From the human T2T-CHM13v2.0 reference genome, Homo sapiens, in NCBI RefSeq assembly GCF_009914755.1, contig NC_060938.1: a stretch of DNA of 64,000 nt; one strand, given 5' to 3'. Under the pieces are notes generated by a model that was not told the DNA's origin, did no database searches, and worked only from the letters and a program-made list of their open reading frames with translations. Of the stretch, positions 39,549 to 55,003 are shown in pieces (the stretch's first letter is position 1; each line of letters starts with the position of its first letter). Both the position numbers and the translations under genes were made by a program.

Positions 39549-40541
39549 GTGTTCCCTCTAGGGATTGTAATATTCTCAATTTGTCACAGTCTAATTGAAA
39601 GTTAATCTTGTATTACTTCAGGTAAGCTATAAGAATCTTAACAACAGTATAGTTTCATATGCAATCTAAACTCTGTGCTATTTTTATCACATATGTTATA
39701 TCTACATACACTATAAACTTTACAATATACGTATGTGTCTGTTATGTCTTGTAAAAGAAATTAAATATGTATGTATGTATGTATATACTCTTTTATTTTT
39801 ATTAACATATTTATCATTTCTGATTTTTTTATTCCTATAAATTCAGGTTAGTATCTAGCATCATTTCCTTTCAGCCAGAACAAACGTTAAAATTTCTCTC
39901 AGTGCAGGTCAGCTAGCAACAAATTACCTCAGTTTTATCTCAAATGTCTTTATTTATTCATCTGAAGCTGTCCTTACTCGAACTCCTTTTTTAAAGACAA
40001 TTTTTGCTGCACATAAAATTCTAGGTTGGGCACATTTTATTTCAACACAATTAATATATATTTTATTGTGGTTTGGATTATATTTTTACATTTAATCAGC
40101 CATCACTTATGTTTATCTATGTGTATTGTGTACTTATTTGTATGTTTGCTTTGAAGGATTTTTGTTTGTATTTAACCTTAATAGTTTAATTCTGTTGCAC
40201 TTAAGTATGATGTTCTTTGATTACCCTGCTTGAGGCTTGCTGAGCTACTTGATCTACTTGATTCACAAGTTTATGTTTTTACTGCATTTTAGAAGGTTTG
40301 AGCCATTTTTTTCTTCCAAATATTTCTGCCTTTTATACTCTTTTCCTTCTCTCATAAACCCCAAGTTTCCTTAAAATAGACTACTTTATATTGTGCCCTC
40401 AGTGACTGAAACTCTTATCATTTATTTTCAATCATTGTCTCACTGTTTTACAAGTTGGATAATTTCTATTGAGCCATCTTTTTAAGTTCATTTATTTTTT
40501 TCTTTTGTCACTTTCCATCTGCTGTTAGGCTTATAGAGTAA

Positions 40542-40841
40542 TTTTTTTTTTTTTTTCTTGAGATGAAGTCTCCACCTGTCACCTAGGCTGGAGTGCAATG
40601 GCGCCATCTCAGCTCACTGCAACCTTTGAGTCCTGAGTTCAAGTGTTTCTCCTGCCTCAGCCTCCCGAGTAGGTGGGATTACAGGCACGTGCCACCACGC
40701 CAGGCTATTTTTTGTATTTTTAGTAGAGATAGGGTTTCACCATGTTGGCCAGGCTGAACTTGAACTCCTGACCTCAGGTCATCTGCCCACCTTGGCCTCC
40801 CGAAGGGCTAGGATGACAGACATGAGCCACTGCACCCGGCC
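40542..40841 (-). mobile_element. AluS (AluSx-like)
   Basis: T-tail, then AGGCTGGAGTGCAATGGCGCCATCTCAGCTCACTGC...GACCTCAGGTCATCTGCCC...GAGCCACTGCACCCGGCC. Confidence 0.96.
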
Positions 40842-42190
40842 CTAAATTTTTCATTTCAGATATTGTACTGGAAAAATTCTAGAATTTGAAATTTATTATA
40901 CAGTTTTATGTTCTTGTTGAAATGTCCCATCTGTTCATTCATTATGATTATATTTTTTCTTAAGTTCTTAAACATATTTAAATAGCTACGTTAAAGCTTT
41001 TGTCTGCAAACTACAATATCTGACTCATCTCATGATTATTTTTAATTTCCTTCTTTTCTCTTGAATGTGAGTCACATGTTTTTTTGGTTTCTTAGTATTT
41101 TTTGTAATTTTTGAGGGTTTGTTGGACATTGTTGATGAAAGATTGCAGAGAATATGAATTGTGCTATTCTTTTTAAAATTTGTTCTTGTAGGCAGTGAAA
41201 CCACTAGCAGCTTGTTTTTTTTCTGGTTGTCTGGCTTGTTCTTATTCTTTGATAGGATGGATCTATTACTGTTTCAAATTTAGTCCTAGTGGAGATCCTT
41301 ACTCTAGGACATGATTCTTTCCTAAAGGTTGGCATTCACTGGTCTCAACTGAATGCCTGAGATGCTCAGTGAAGTCTCTCAACTACAGGTAGACTGGAAT
41401 GTTGATATCTTCCAGAACTGCTTGATCTCTGGTATCTCTAGTTTTATTTGTGTATATGCACCCTTCCTTCAGAAAAGCACCCACAGTGATTACTCCATGA
41501 AGTGTTATGGGACATGCACTCTTGTTTTCTTAAATAGACTTGTCTGTCAATTCCATTCACCTCGGCAAAACTGGAACTCCTATCTTGGATACCTCATCTT
41601 ATCAATGCCTGTGCTGAGCTCGGGCTTCACTTCCTTGCTTCTTAGCAGAAAAGTACCCCGAGGCAGAAGGTCAGGGTGATCAAGGAACAATCAAGCGATT
41701 GCTGTTTTTATGTTTTTCTTCTTTCAAGTGTAATAATCCTATGCTGTTTGTTATTTGAAACAACAGTGCTTGACTTCCTATGTTTTTTCCAGTTTTATAA
41801 TTTTTTGCTTCTTATAGTAGAGAAAATTCAGTATTAACTCTTCTGTTGGTTGAAAGTAAAATTTAAGTAAGAATATTTAAGCAATTTATAAAAAGGGTCA
41901 CTGATTATTTGGTAATATAAAAGCAGTGTCTTTGGATGTAACATATTTTAAATATATGTCTATTGACAAGAGAACACTAAACATCCCTAATTCCAATGTA
42001 AGCAGATTAAGGAAAAAAAGGAATAATTTACTACAACTCTGATTCATTGAATCAAAATTTAAAAGTACTAAACTAAAATGTTCCTTGATGTTTTTATTTC
42101 TTTCTTTATTAGTTAGGAGCTACACAGCTATTGCATGTGTTTCAGTTTAGGTAAAGTAGGAAATGCTGTCATACATTTTGTTTCATTTAG

Positions 42191-42282
42191 CCAGCAGCAT
42201 GTTTCAAGCAGAAAAGGTATATAATGCCACCTTGTCTACACAGAATCACTCGGATTATATGTATGCAAAAAGAGTTCCCCAG
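42191..42282 (+). other. Candidate 92-nt exon (unverified)
   Basis: TTTTGTTTCATTTAG| acceptor and CAG|GTTTGT donor. Two frames are stop-free. The surrounding sequence is unique. Confidence 0.22.
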
Positions 42283-43964
42283 GTTTGTATTACTGTTACA
42301 AACTTTGATTTATTCAGTGATATTAGTGCTTAAGCACTAATGCATTCCATTTGCAAAATACTGCCATTTAAACCTTCAAATGGATATTCCATGTATCCAT
42401 CAAACCATTAGTGACGTTATTCTCCTTTACCACTTTTGCATGTGGGCTGTAACCCTTCAAATATGTGCCATTTGAATTACATTAGAATACTTATGGGTGG
42501 GTTATTAAAATTTATGCTCTTTTTTAATAGGTAGTGTATTAGCTTAGATTTATTTATAACTAATAATTGTAAATCCTTTGTTGGATTAATTTATTTCTAA
42601 TTGGTGAATTATAATTACTGACCTTTTTAAATAAAGAAAACTAAAGAAGCAGTATGATTAATCACTTAACTGATGTCTTCTGTGGAACCCAAAAGGCAAT
42701 TTTAATACTTTGCTCTTAAGATATGTGGATAGAATATTAGCAATTGTGGGGACTCACGGTCTTTTGAATGAATGACATGTGAAGATTAGATTCCCTTACT
42801 GGTTTTGATGTCTGTCAAAAGAACACTGAGAAAAAAAGGTAACTTACAGCTTTTTGTCTGCTGCCTCCTGTTTAAGTCATACTGTATCAGCTCTTGTAGT
42901 ATTTCACTTCTTGAAGTATATGTGAAGAACATTGCTGTTGATAATTATGGTGTTGACATTTGTGAATAGATAAATTAGAGTAGATTTAAGATTATTCATA
43001 TAATAACACTTTCAGTCACTTGCATTCCCACATGAATTTGTAAATTGTAAAGAAGGAAAAAATTACAGCTTCTGGCCCAAGATTATCCATAATTCCCAGA
43101 CTATCTTACCTGTACAGCTGTACAAGAGCACATCCCATGTGTGCCGTCCGTCAATTATGTGTCCCAGCAGATAAGTAAATATTTAAGAAGAAATTTTCTA
43201 TGGTGTGATCTTTGTACCTAGGAATAACCTTATTTATTTTTGGATCCCTAGGGCTTGGCATATGGTCATTTAGTTATTTTTTTTCAGTGAATGTTTGTAC
43301 ATAAATCAAGTAATATAAATGCATTGAGAACTGCTGACTTTTTATTAGATGGTAATTGTTTCATGTATTTTCTTGATTTATAGCCTGAAAATAATCTGGA
43401 TCAGAAAGAAGTATTCCAAATTGGCCTCTGTCTTGAAACTTAACTACCCATGTTTCCCTGATACTGACTAATTTTACAATAAAATAGTCTTTGAGGAATC
43501 TCGTACATCTACAACTCAATCCATACATACCCAATAGGGTGCTTGCAACAATTATTAGCTATCTGCTAAAAATGACTAATTGGATATATCACATCATCAA
43601 TAACCTGATGGCACAAGTGACAGACATACTAATGTCTATAAAATATGCTTTTCAAAAATGCAAAACCTGAGATAATGATGAGACAGAGATTTTTGATTTT
43701 TGATAAGTCTTTTTATAGAAGCTCTTGTTTAAAAAAATCTATTGCAATCTATAAAATGACTGTTTTTGGTCATCTACCAAATGGCGCAGGTATTTTGGTA
43801 ACTTTAGAAGAAAGTTGAAACAAATTTTGTTTATATACCCACCATAAATCTGAACTGTATGGTTATGATTTCATTAAAAAATACCATTCTCTTAATGATT
43901 TCAATATTTTACAGGCTGCACATGGGTTACAGACAATTAATTGGTCATTTATCTTAACTAACAC

Positions 43965-44397
43965 ATTTATCTGAGTGTTTTTCTGTTGCTACGAAGGAAT
44001 AGCTGAGGCTGGGTAATTTATAAAGAAAAGAGGTTTATTTTCTCATGGTTCTGCAGGCTGTTCAAGGAGCATGGCCCCAGATTCTGCTTCTGATGAGGGC
44101 CTCAAGCTGCTTTCATTCATGGTGAAAGGGAAGCCAGCATTTGAAGAGATTACATGGCAAGAGAGAAAGCAAGAAAGAAAGTGAAGATGCCAGGCTCCTT
44201 TCAAAAACCAGCTATTAGGGGAACGCTTATGGGAATGAATCTAATGGGAACTCACTCCCTACACCCTCCAGGGCATTAATTTATTCATGAAGGATCAACT
44301 GCTATGACCCAAACACCTCCCCTTAGGCCCCACTTCCAACACTGGAGATCAAGATTCAACATGAGGCTTGGAGGTTGCAAACACGCGACCTGTAACG
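43965..44397 (-). mobile_element. MaLR solo LTR MSTB-like
   Basis: AAGGAATAGCTGAGGCTGGGTAATTTATAAAGAAAAGAGGTTTATT...ATGACCCAAACACCTCCCCTTAGGCCCCACTTCCAACACTGG...TTCAACATGAG. Confidence 0.9.
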
Positions 44398-44629
44398 CTG
44401 CTTTCAATTTATCTGCATGAAACTTGTGTTTAATTTTGGATATTTGTTGTTACAAATGTGATTCACTGTATCTCCAGCTTACAAAAAGGACTCAATTTCT
44501 CAAAAGTAAATAATTGGTTTGTAAAATAATGCTGATTTTTTCAGTGGCAATAAAACAGTCTGTAAAACTTGGACCATATGCCAAATTGTACATTAGGTAG
44601 AGAGGCTTCCCTAATTTTTATGTGTATAT

Positions 44630-45000
44630 CTTTGAGAAATGAGAAGAGTGGAGCCCTTGAATTTACTCACTTGAAGTTTTAGATGAGTCATCACCATGAT
44701 ATTCTTAGAAGTCTTTCAAGAAAGATAGGGTTGAGAGGGAAGAGTGGCCACTGAAAACAGGGCAGAGGATAATGAAGAGTAGCTACTGGAGAAAACTGAG
44801 AGTCTCCGGAGAATTTAGAAAGGAATCGGTTTAGAAAGGTGACCTGTTGTGATGCTATAGAAAGAGTAAAGACTCTGTATTGCTGAGTAATGAAGAGGGC
44901 ATGGAATGAACACGTGAGAAAATCTTTGCTAATGCTGCAGAGAATCATGGATTTAGGACAGCCATAAATACAATTTTTGAAGTCATATGGAAAAGGAATT
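44630..45000 (-). mobile_element. L2 fragment
   Basis: Purine-rich antisense L2-like sequence (GAGCCCTTGAA, GATGCTATAGAAAGAGT). Confidence 0.4.
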
Positions 45001-45649
45001 TTGAAAATAACCAAAGAGTAGAATGTCAATTCAGTAGGCTAATCACATTTTGTCCAAGGGTTTCTTCTAATTTCATAAAGACTTTATTTTGGGAATTAAA
45101 TTTTCATAGTAAACTTTATTTTAAAGACAAAAATTTAATTTTTCAGAATTTGGCTCTTTGCAACATCTGTTAGTTCCAAAATTGAAAACGGAAAGAACAT
45201 TAAAATGTTTTTTTAAATCAAAGACTAGTTCAATTTCTCTTATTCAAACATACCAATTTCTAGGCAGAGTAACTAAATCTCTGAAATTTATCCAGAAAAA
45301 GAGTTACACCAGACTAAATTTGGCCTCCTTTTCAAGTCCTGTCATTCAATATAGAGTAAAAGTTGTGCAATATATGTTTTGTCATGAAAAGTCACATTTA
45401 TTCTAAGTCATTTCTATTTATGTGAGTGGAAACATTACTTAAAAATAGTTTGCATTTAAATCCCTTTATAATTGTTAATGATCAGTTAAAACAGAAAGAT
45501 TTTACATGTAACTGGAAAGAATATGCCTGCTAGAAATAGTTCAGAGGTAAAAGGAAGGCTCATTTCTTCAATAAAACATCCCACAGTTTGTTGCTTTTTA
45601 CTGCTAAGACTTGGTCTTTTTAAAGATTAAGAGACAATATGTTTCACTT

Positions 45650-45820
45650 GGAAAAGCCTGGGTCTAGTAATTAGGAAATAGTTTCAATAAAGAGCTTTGA
45701 CATTCACTAGCTAATTTCCTTGGGCAATTCATTCACTCTTTCTGGGTTTTCGTCTTCTAAAACACGGATACTAAGGTGCAATAAACATGTAAGATGATGA
45801 TGACTCTAAGGATATTTCTA
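45650..45820 (+). mobile_element. MIR (MIR3/MIRc-like)
   Basis: CACTAGCT...CCTTGGGCAATTCATTCACTCTTTCTGGG...GATGACTCTAAGG. Confidence 0.55.
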
Positions 45821-46349
45821 TAAAAAAACATTGGCATTAGGCCTGGCATGGAGAGAGGGGTAAAATGAGAGATTTCCTTAACCCTTTTTTGAAACTTTGC
45901 ATATTTGGGGGACCTTACAGGAGTCAAAGATGAAAGATCCAGCTCAGAGGAGCAATGATTTGTATAGTTAGTTTCCCTCTAATTCCAGTTTAATGAAGAG
46001 AAAGACTGTCAGGAGGAGCCACTCCCTTTTCCAGAACAGGGAAATTAGAAAGGAAATGAAGGGACCTATAGGTCTGCACAGCCTTGTCAGAAATTGTAAA
46101 TCTATAAATGATACCGATGGCTTTAGTTTGTGATTTGGGAGCTGTTATACTCAGCCCATGGAGATATGCCCACACCAAACAGAGGATGACAAACATAGGT
46201 TTGCTATTTTTCCTATCTGGATTTTTTCCAAGACTTATTACTTTGGGATGTTGGGTCAGTTTTGTAGAGTTCAATGATTATACAACCCTCCAGGAATTAT
46301 AAACACTTAAAAGTCCTTAAAGTCTTAGTGCCAATAAATGTATCTACAA

Positions 46350-46760
46350 ATTTTCCTTCTGCCTCCAAACTGAACAACTTTTCTTAGGAAAAAATATTTT
46401 TTTCCTTACTCATCTGAGTTTGATTTACTCTTTCACTATCTGTTCGCTGTTTTTCAAAGTATTTGGAAAAATAGCGTGAAATTGATATTTCCACAAGTCT
46501 TTTAATTTGGCATTCTGCCAAATTCAGTTTAATAATCAGTTCTCCTTGTTCTCTGTGTAGCACTTGGCACTGATTATCTTTTATCTCTTGAAATTTGTTT
46601 CTTTTCACTTCCAACATATTGTGCTTCCTTTTGTTTTCCAAACTGTGTGAAGCTTCTAGTCTCTTTCTTGGTTATTAAATCTTGGCAGTTCCCATGTTCC
46701 CTAGATATATCCGTGGTGTTTTCTTAGCTTTTATTTACATGCTGCAGCTAATACCTCTCT
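46350..46760 (+). mobile_element. L2 fragment
   Basis: TGCCAAATTCAGT...CTCTGTGTAGCACTTGGCACTGATTA...TCTTGAAA. Confidence 0.5.
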
Positions 46761-47129
46761 AAAAATGACTGCTAAGTATATGTATCAAGTTGTCTTAGGG
46801 TGAGTGATTATTGAATAATTAAAAATTAAAGAAAGTAAATAAATATATTTATAATAATATATAATATATAATAATTAAAAATTAAAGAAATATATTTTGA
46901 AAGTGATTTGAAACTTGACTGGAGAATTATTGCATACCGTAAACTTGACCTGACAGTATCAACATTTTACTTTAAAATTTCAGAGCATCTTCTTTATGAC
47001 CAGTGTGGTTTTGTTCCACAGCACAGAAATGTCCTTATTCAGAGTGTTATACTAAATTGTTTTCTGATTATTAAAGTAATAAATGGTAAATAAACATGAA
47101 AATATAAAGATTAAAATAAGAACAATTAT

Positions 47130-47360
47130 AAAATCAGATAATATTGAAAATTTGACTCTCTGACAGGCATTTTACTAAAAACTTTATATGCATTGTGTAA
47201 TTTATTTCTTACAATACTACAAAATAGATATTAATATTAATATCAATTTATTTTTGGAAAGCTAAGGGACAATGCTTGCCTCAGTTCACACAGCTATTTA
47301 GAGGTAGATCTGGGATACAAACATGGGTTTATCTGACTTCAGAGTCCAACTTCTTGGTCA
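47130..47360 (-). mobile_element. MIR
   Basis: CAGGCATTTTACTAA...CTTACAATACTAC...CTTGCCTCAGTTCACACAGCTA...TCTGACTTCAGAGTCC. Confidence 0.65.
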
Positions 47361-48244
47361 CTTCCTTGTCTTCCTTAGGGATAACAATTAGAAAAAATAT
47401 GCAGCTTTTTTTCCAGCCTCTCTTCTATATGCTATGCCATTATCTCTCTTTAACAAAAGTACTCTCCTCTGGATATATGAGGAAAAAAAGGGGTTGTTTT
47501 ATAACCATTTTTGGCTCATCCCAATGGCTCATGCACATCCATGTTGTTCCTAACTTGACTGTGGCCTGGCTCTTCCTTCGTGGTGGCTGTCGTAACCCCT
47601 ACTGCCAATCCAAGACAGTCCTTTCAATACAAGGCCCTCCCTTCCCTCTGCATGGGCCTTGGGAGATGAAATGGACATGAGGCAGCCACATTTCTCTTTT
47701 CTGTTTCATTCCTTTACTCCCATTTTACCAATACTAAAGAATGGAAAGGCATGTTAAGTTTTACTGAGGAGCTGGAGATAATTAAAGGAAATATTATACA
47801 TTTAAAACTGCTAAATATGACTGTTTCCTTATTCTAATGTCAAGCCACAGGAAGGTTAAACCCCATTCAGAGCAATTTTCTCAGGGACTCAACTCAGTTG
47901 CTAGCCATGCTGCTCTATAGGTAGGCCTTTCCTCCTCTTAGAAAGGACCTTCTTCCTTAAAACTCTGTTTGAATCTCTACACCTCCCCACTTTGGGAAAC
48001 CCTACCTTTTACCCACAGAAATGTGGGCATATGACCTGGCCTCTTTTCCCAATTTATGCCTGCTGCCTAGGTTATCTGGGAGATTCAGTATGTACCTGAG
48101 AGTACATACCCTAAGTATTACTTATTCAGTGTCAATAATACTATAGGGAACTTCAGCAGGACATGTCAAGCTAGACTTTTGTACTTTAAGTACAACAAAA
48201 CAGTTAGTTATACAGTTTGGCATTCTAATCCCAAGTTGGTTCTG

Positions 48245-48661
48245 TGCTATTGTTTTAATAATGCACCACAAAGTTCATGTGTTAGAAACTTAATCCCCAG
48301 TACAATTTTGTTGAGATGTTGGTCCATCAAGATGTGAACAGGTCATTAGGACTCTACCCTCATGAACAAATTAATGATGTTATTGCAAGAGTGGGTTTCT
48401 TATCACCAGAGTGGGTTCCTGATAAAAGGATGAGCTCCCTCCCCCACCCACCTCTCATACACTCTCTTGCCCTTCTGTCTTCCACCTTCTGTCTTGCCCT
48501 CTGTCACCATGGGATGACACAGCAAGAAGGCTGTCAGCAAGATGCCAGCCATTTGGCCTTGGATTTTCCAGGCTCCAGAACTGTAAGAAATAAATCTTCG
48601 TTCCTTATAAATTAAACAGTCTTACGTATTCTGTTATAGCAGTAGTAAACGGACTAAGACA
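48245..48661 (+). mobile_element. MaLR solo LTR (MSTC/MSTD-like)
   Basis: TGCTAT...AAAGTTCATGTGTTAGAAACTTAATCCCCA...CTCCAGAACTGTAAGAAATAAAT...TATTCTGTTATAGCAG...ACGGACTAAGACA. Confidence 0.9.
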
Positions 48662-49574
48662 GCCCCCAAATGCTATCCCTACATATCTGTTCACTTCTTG
48701 TAGTCTTTGAATGAGAAACTATTGAATAAAACATAGGCATTCACATATACCTCCCACAGATAAGCATTGAATCTTAGAAACAGCACAGTGTAACTCCATT
48801 CAACATTTTTCTTCACTTGTTGTGAAGAATCTTTATATACAAAAAAGAGGCCAGAATAGAATTACTGTGAGCAATAGCAAAAAAGGAGTATAAAGACTTG
48901 GCACAAGGAGGAACTACTTATGCTTAAATTCTTCTGTAGAACCTGATATTGTTAACAATAGAAAATCTTCTTCTACCATCTAATTAGAGAAATAGGAGAT
49001 AAAGAATGATAATGCCATAGTAATTCTTTGAGAATAAATTATTTCTAATGACTTTTCTTCTTTGGTAATATTCTCTGAGTGATTACTGGTACTGACTTTA
49101 AAGTTATAAATTTTCATCATATAAAATATGTATTTTACAATTGCTAGTTTCAGATGATTATTAAAATAAAAAATATTTAATTTTTAACTGTTTCAGAAGT
49201 AAGATAAATTCCTATTGGCACTAATTAATTTAGTGAGGAGAAATGATTTGATGAGCCAATATAAATAGAAAGGAAATTGTTATTAAAGGCCAGGGAGATA
49301 TATTATCATTTTTTCAACGAAAAAGCCCTATCACATCATGTTAACAAGACTCTTACTTTATTCATCATATTCTACATCTTATGATTATTCCTATTTATGT
49401 CTTATTTATTTCATTTTAACGTAGGCTTCTTGAGGTCAGAGACAGAAATAATGTGCTGCATTTTGAGGTATTTGGTAAATATTTGGCTCTTCGTTAACTT
49501 TTTTATTACCAGGTTGTGCTGGAGGCAATAAGAATGTTAAAAAAAGACAAATGATATCTATATTAAAATAAATG

Positions 49575-49760
49575 AAAAAGAAACAGATGAAATTAATTAA
49601 ATTATATTATTTTAATGATCTATTTCTTATACCCAAAATATTATGCGAAAGGTAATCAATACAAAAGTGTTATATTTACATTTGTTTGTTTATACTGAGG
49701 CTTCAAAATCCAGTGTGTATTTTACAGTTAAACCACATGTTAGTTTGGACTAACACACTG
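49575..49760. mobile_element. MER33/Charlie1-group DNA transposon fragment
   Basis: AAACAGATGAAATTAATT...CTTCAAAATCCAGTGTGTATTTTACA...TTTGGACTA. Confidence 0.7.
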
Positions 49761-49819
49761 AGACAAAGGGTTCAGGTAGAGTTGGTAGAGGCTGAAGGGG
49801 ATGAAGAAGACACTCAAGA

Positions 49820-49898
49820 TCTGTGCTGTCCAGTGCAATAGTCCTTAGCCACATGTACCTATGAGCAACGTGAGATGTGTTTAGTTCAAGTTGTTGTT
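49820..49898. mobile_element. MER3 (hAT-Charlie) left part, split by full-length L1
   Basis: CTGTGCTGTCCAGT...TAGCCACATGT...TGAGCA...TGA.ATGTG. The other end lies at 56042-56275. Confidence 0.75.
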
Positions 49899-50128
49899 GT
49901 TGTTTTTTTATGTTTTTTATTTTATTATACTTTAAGTTGTAGGGTACATGTGCACAGTGTGCCGGTTTGTTACATATGTATACATGTGCCATGTTGGTGT
50001 ACTGCACCCATTAACTCGTCATTTAGCAGTAGGTATATCTCCTAATGCTATCCCTCCCCCCTCCCCCCATCCCACAACAGTCCCCGGAGTGTGATGTTCC
50101 CCTTCCTGTGTCCATGTGTTCTCATTGT

Positions 50129-53925
<3,797 letters not shown>

Positions 53926-53988
53926 TATGATGTTAGCTGGTTATTTTGCTTGTTAGTTGATGCAGTTTCTTCCTAGGGTTGATGGTCT

Positions 53989-55003
53989 TTACAATTTGGC
54001 ATGTTTTTGCAGTGTCTGGTACCAGTCGTTCCTTTCCATGTTTAGTGCTTCCTTCAGGAGCTCTTTTAGGGCAGGCCTGGTGGTGACAATCTCTCAGCAT
54101 TTGCTTGTCTGTAAAGTATTTTATTTCTCCTTCACTTATGAAGCTTAGTTTGGGTGGATATGAAATTCTTTGTTGAAAATTCTTTTCTTTCAGAATGTTG
54201 AATATTGGCCCCCACTCTCTTCTGACTTGTAGAGTTTTTGCCGAGAGATCCGCTGTTAGTCTCATGGGCTTCCCTTTGTGGGTAACCCGACCTTTCTCTC
54301 TGGCTGCCCTTAACATTTTTTCCTTCATTTCAACTTTGGTGAATCTGAAAATTATGTGTCTTGGAGTTGCTCTTCTCGAGGAGTATCTTTGTGGCGTTCT
54401 CTGTATTTCCTGAATCTGAATGTTGGCCTGCCTTGTTAGATTGGGAAAGTTCTCCTGGATAATATCCTGCAGAGTGTTTTCCACCTTGGTTCCATTCTCC
54501 CCGTTACTTTCAGGTACACCAATCAGACGTAGATTTGGTCTTTTCACATAGTCCCATATTTCTTGGAGACTTTGTTCTTTTCTTTTTATTCTTTTTTCTC
54601 TAAACTTCCCTTCTCGCTTCATTTCTTTCATTTCATCTTTCATCACTGATACCCTTTCTTCCAGTTGATCGCATCGGCTCCTGAGGCTTCTGCATTCTTC
54701 ACGTAGTTCTCAAGCCTTGGCTTTCAGCTCCATCAGCTCCTTTAAGCACTTCTCTGCATTGGTTATTCTAGTTATACATTCGTCTAATTTTTTTTCAAAG
54801 CTTTTAACTTCTTCGCCATTGGTTTGAATTTCCTCCTGTAGCTTGGAGTAGTTTGATTGTCTGAAGCCTTCTTCTCTCAACTCGTCAAAGTCATTCTCCA
54901 TCCAGCTTTGTTCCATTGCCGGTGAGGAACGGCGTTCCTTTGGAGGAGGAGAGGCACTTTGCTTTTTAGAGTTTCCATTTTTTCTGCTCTGTTTTTTCCC
55001 CAT
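53989..55003 (-). pseudogene. L1 ORF1p (coiled-coil/RRM RNA-binding), disrupted
   Basis: ORF 54710..55003 (MGKKQSRK...ELKAKA*) ends in a premature TGA. ORF 53933..54646 has the RRM/CTD (RPNLRLIGVPE) and frameshifts after KQMLRD. Confidence 0.97.

Larger units (their letters stand above)
33995..41860 (-). mobile_element. Long ancient L1M relic (3'UTR-ORF2-ORF1-5') with multiple nested insertions
   Basis: Collinear antisense L1 blocks. ORF 35431..35694 is ORF2-like, ORF 38718..38900 is endonuclease-like (RLKVKVWKIIYHVNSKYKKAGVDILMS), and ORF1-like antisense sequence lies at ~39850-41150. Confidence 0.8.

Noticed and set aside
43784-43799. CTACCAAATGGCGCAG, a CTCF-like motif
   Set aside because: Mismatches at conserved core positions, so it cannot be supported without ChIP data.
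47276-47680. 134-aa ORF in semi-unique DNA
   Set aside because: Begins at a non-ATG codon inside a MIR, with no recognisable domain or splice structure.
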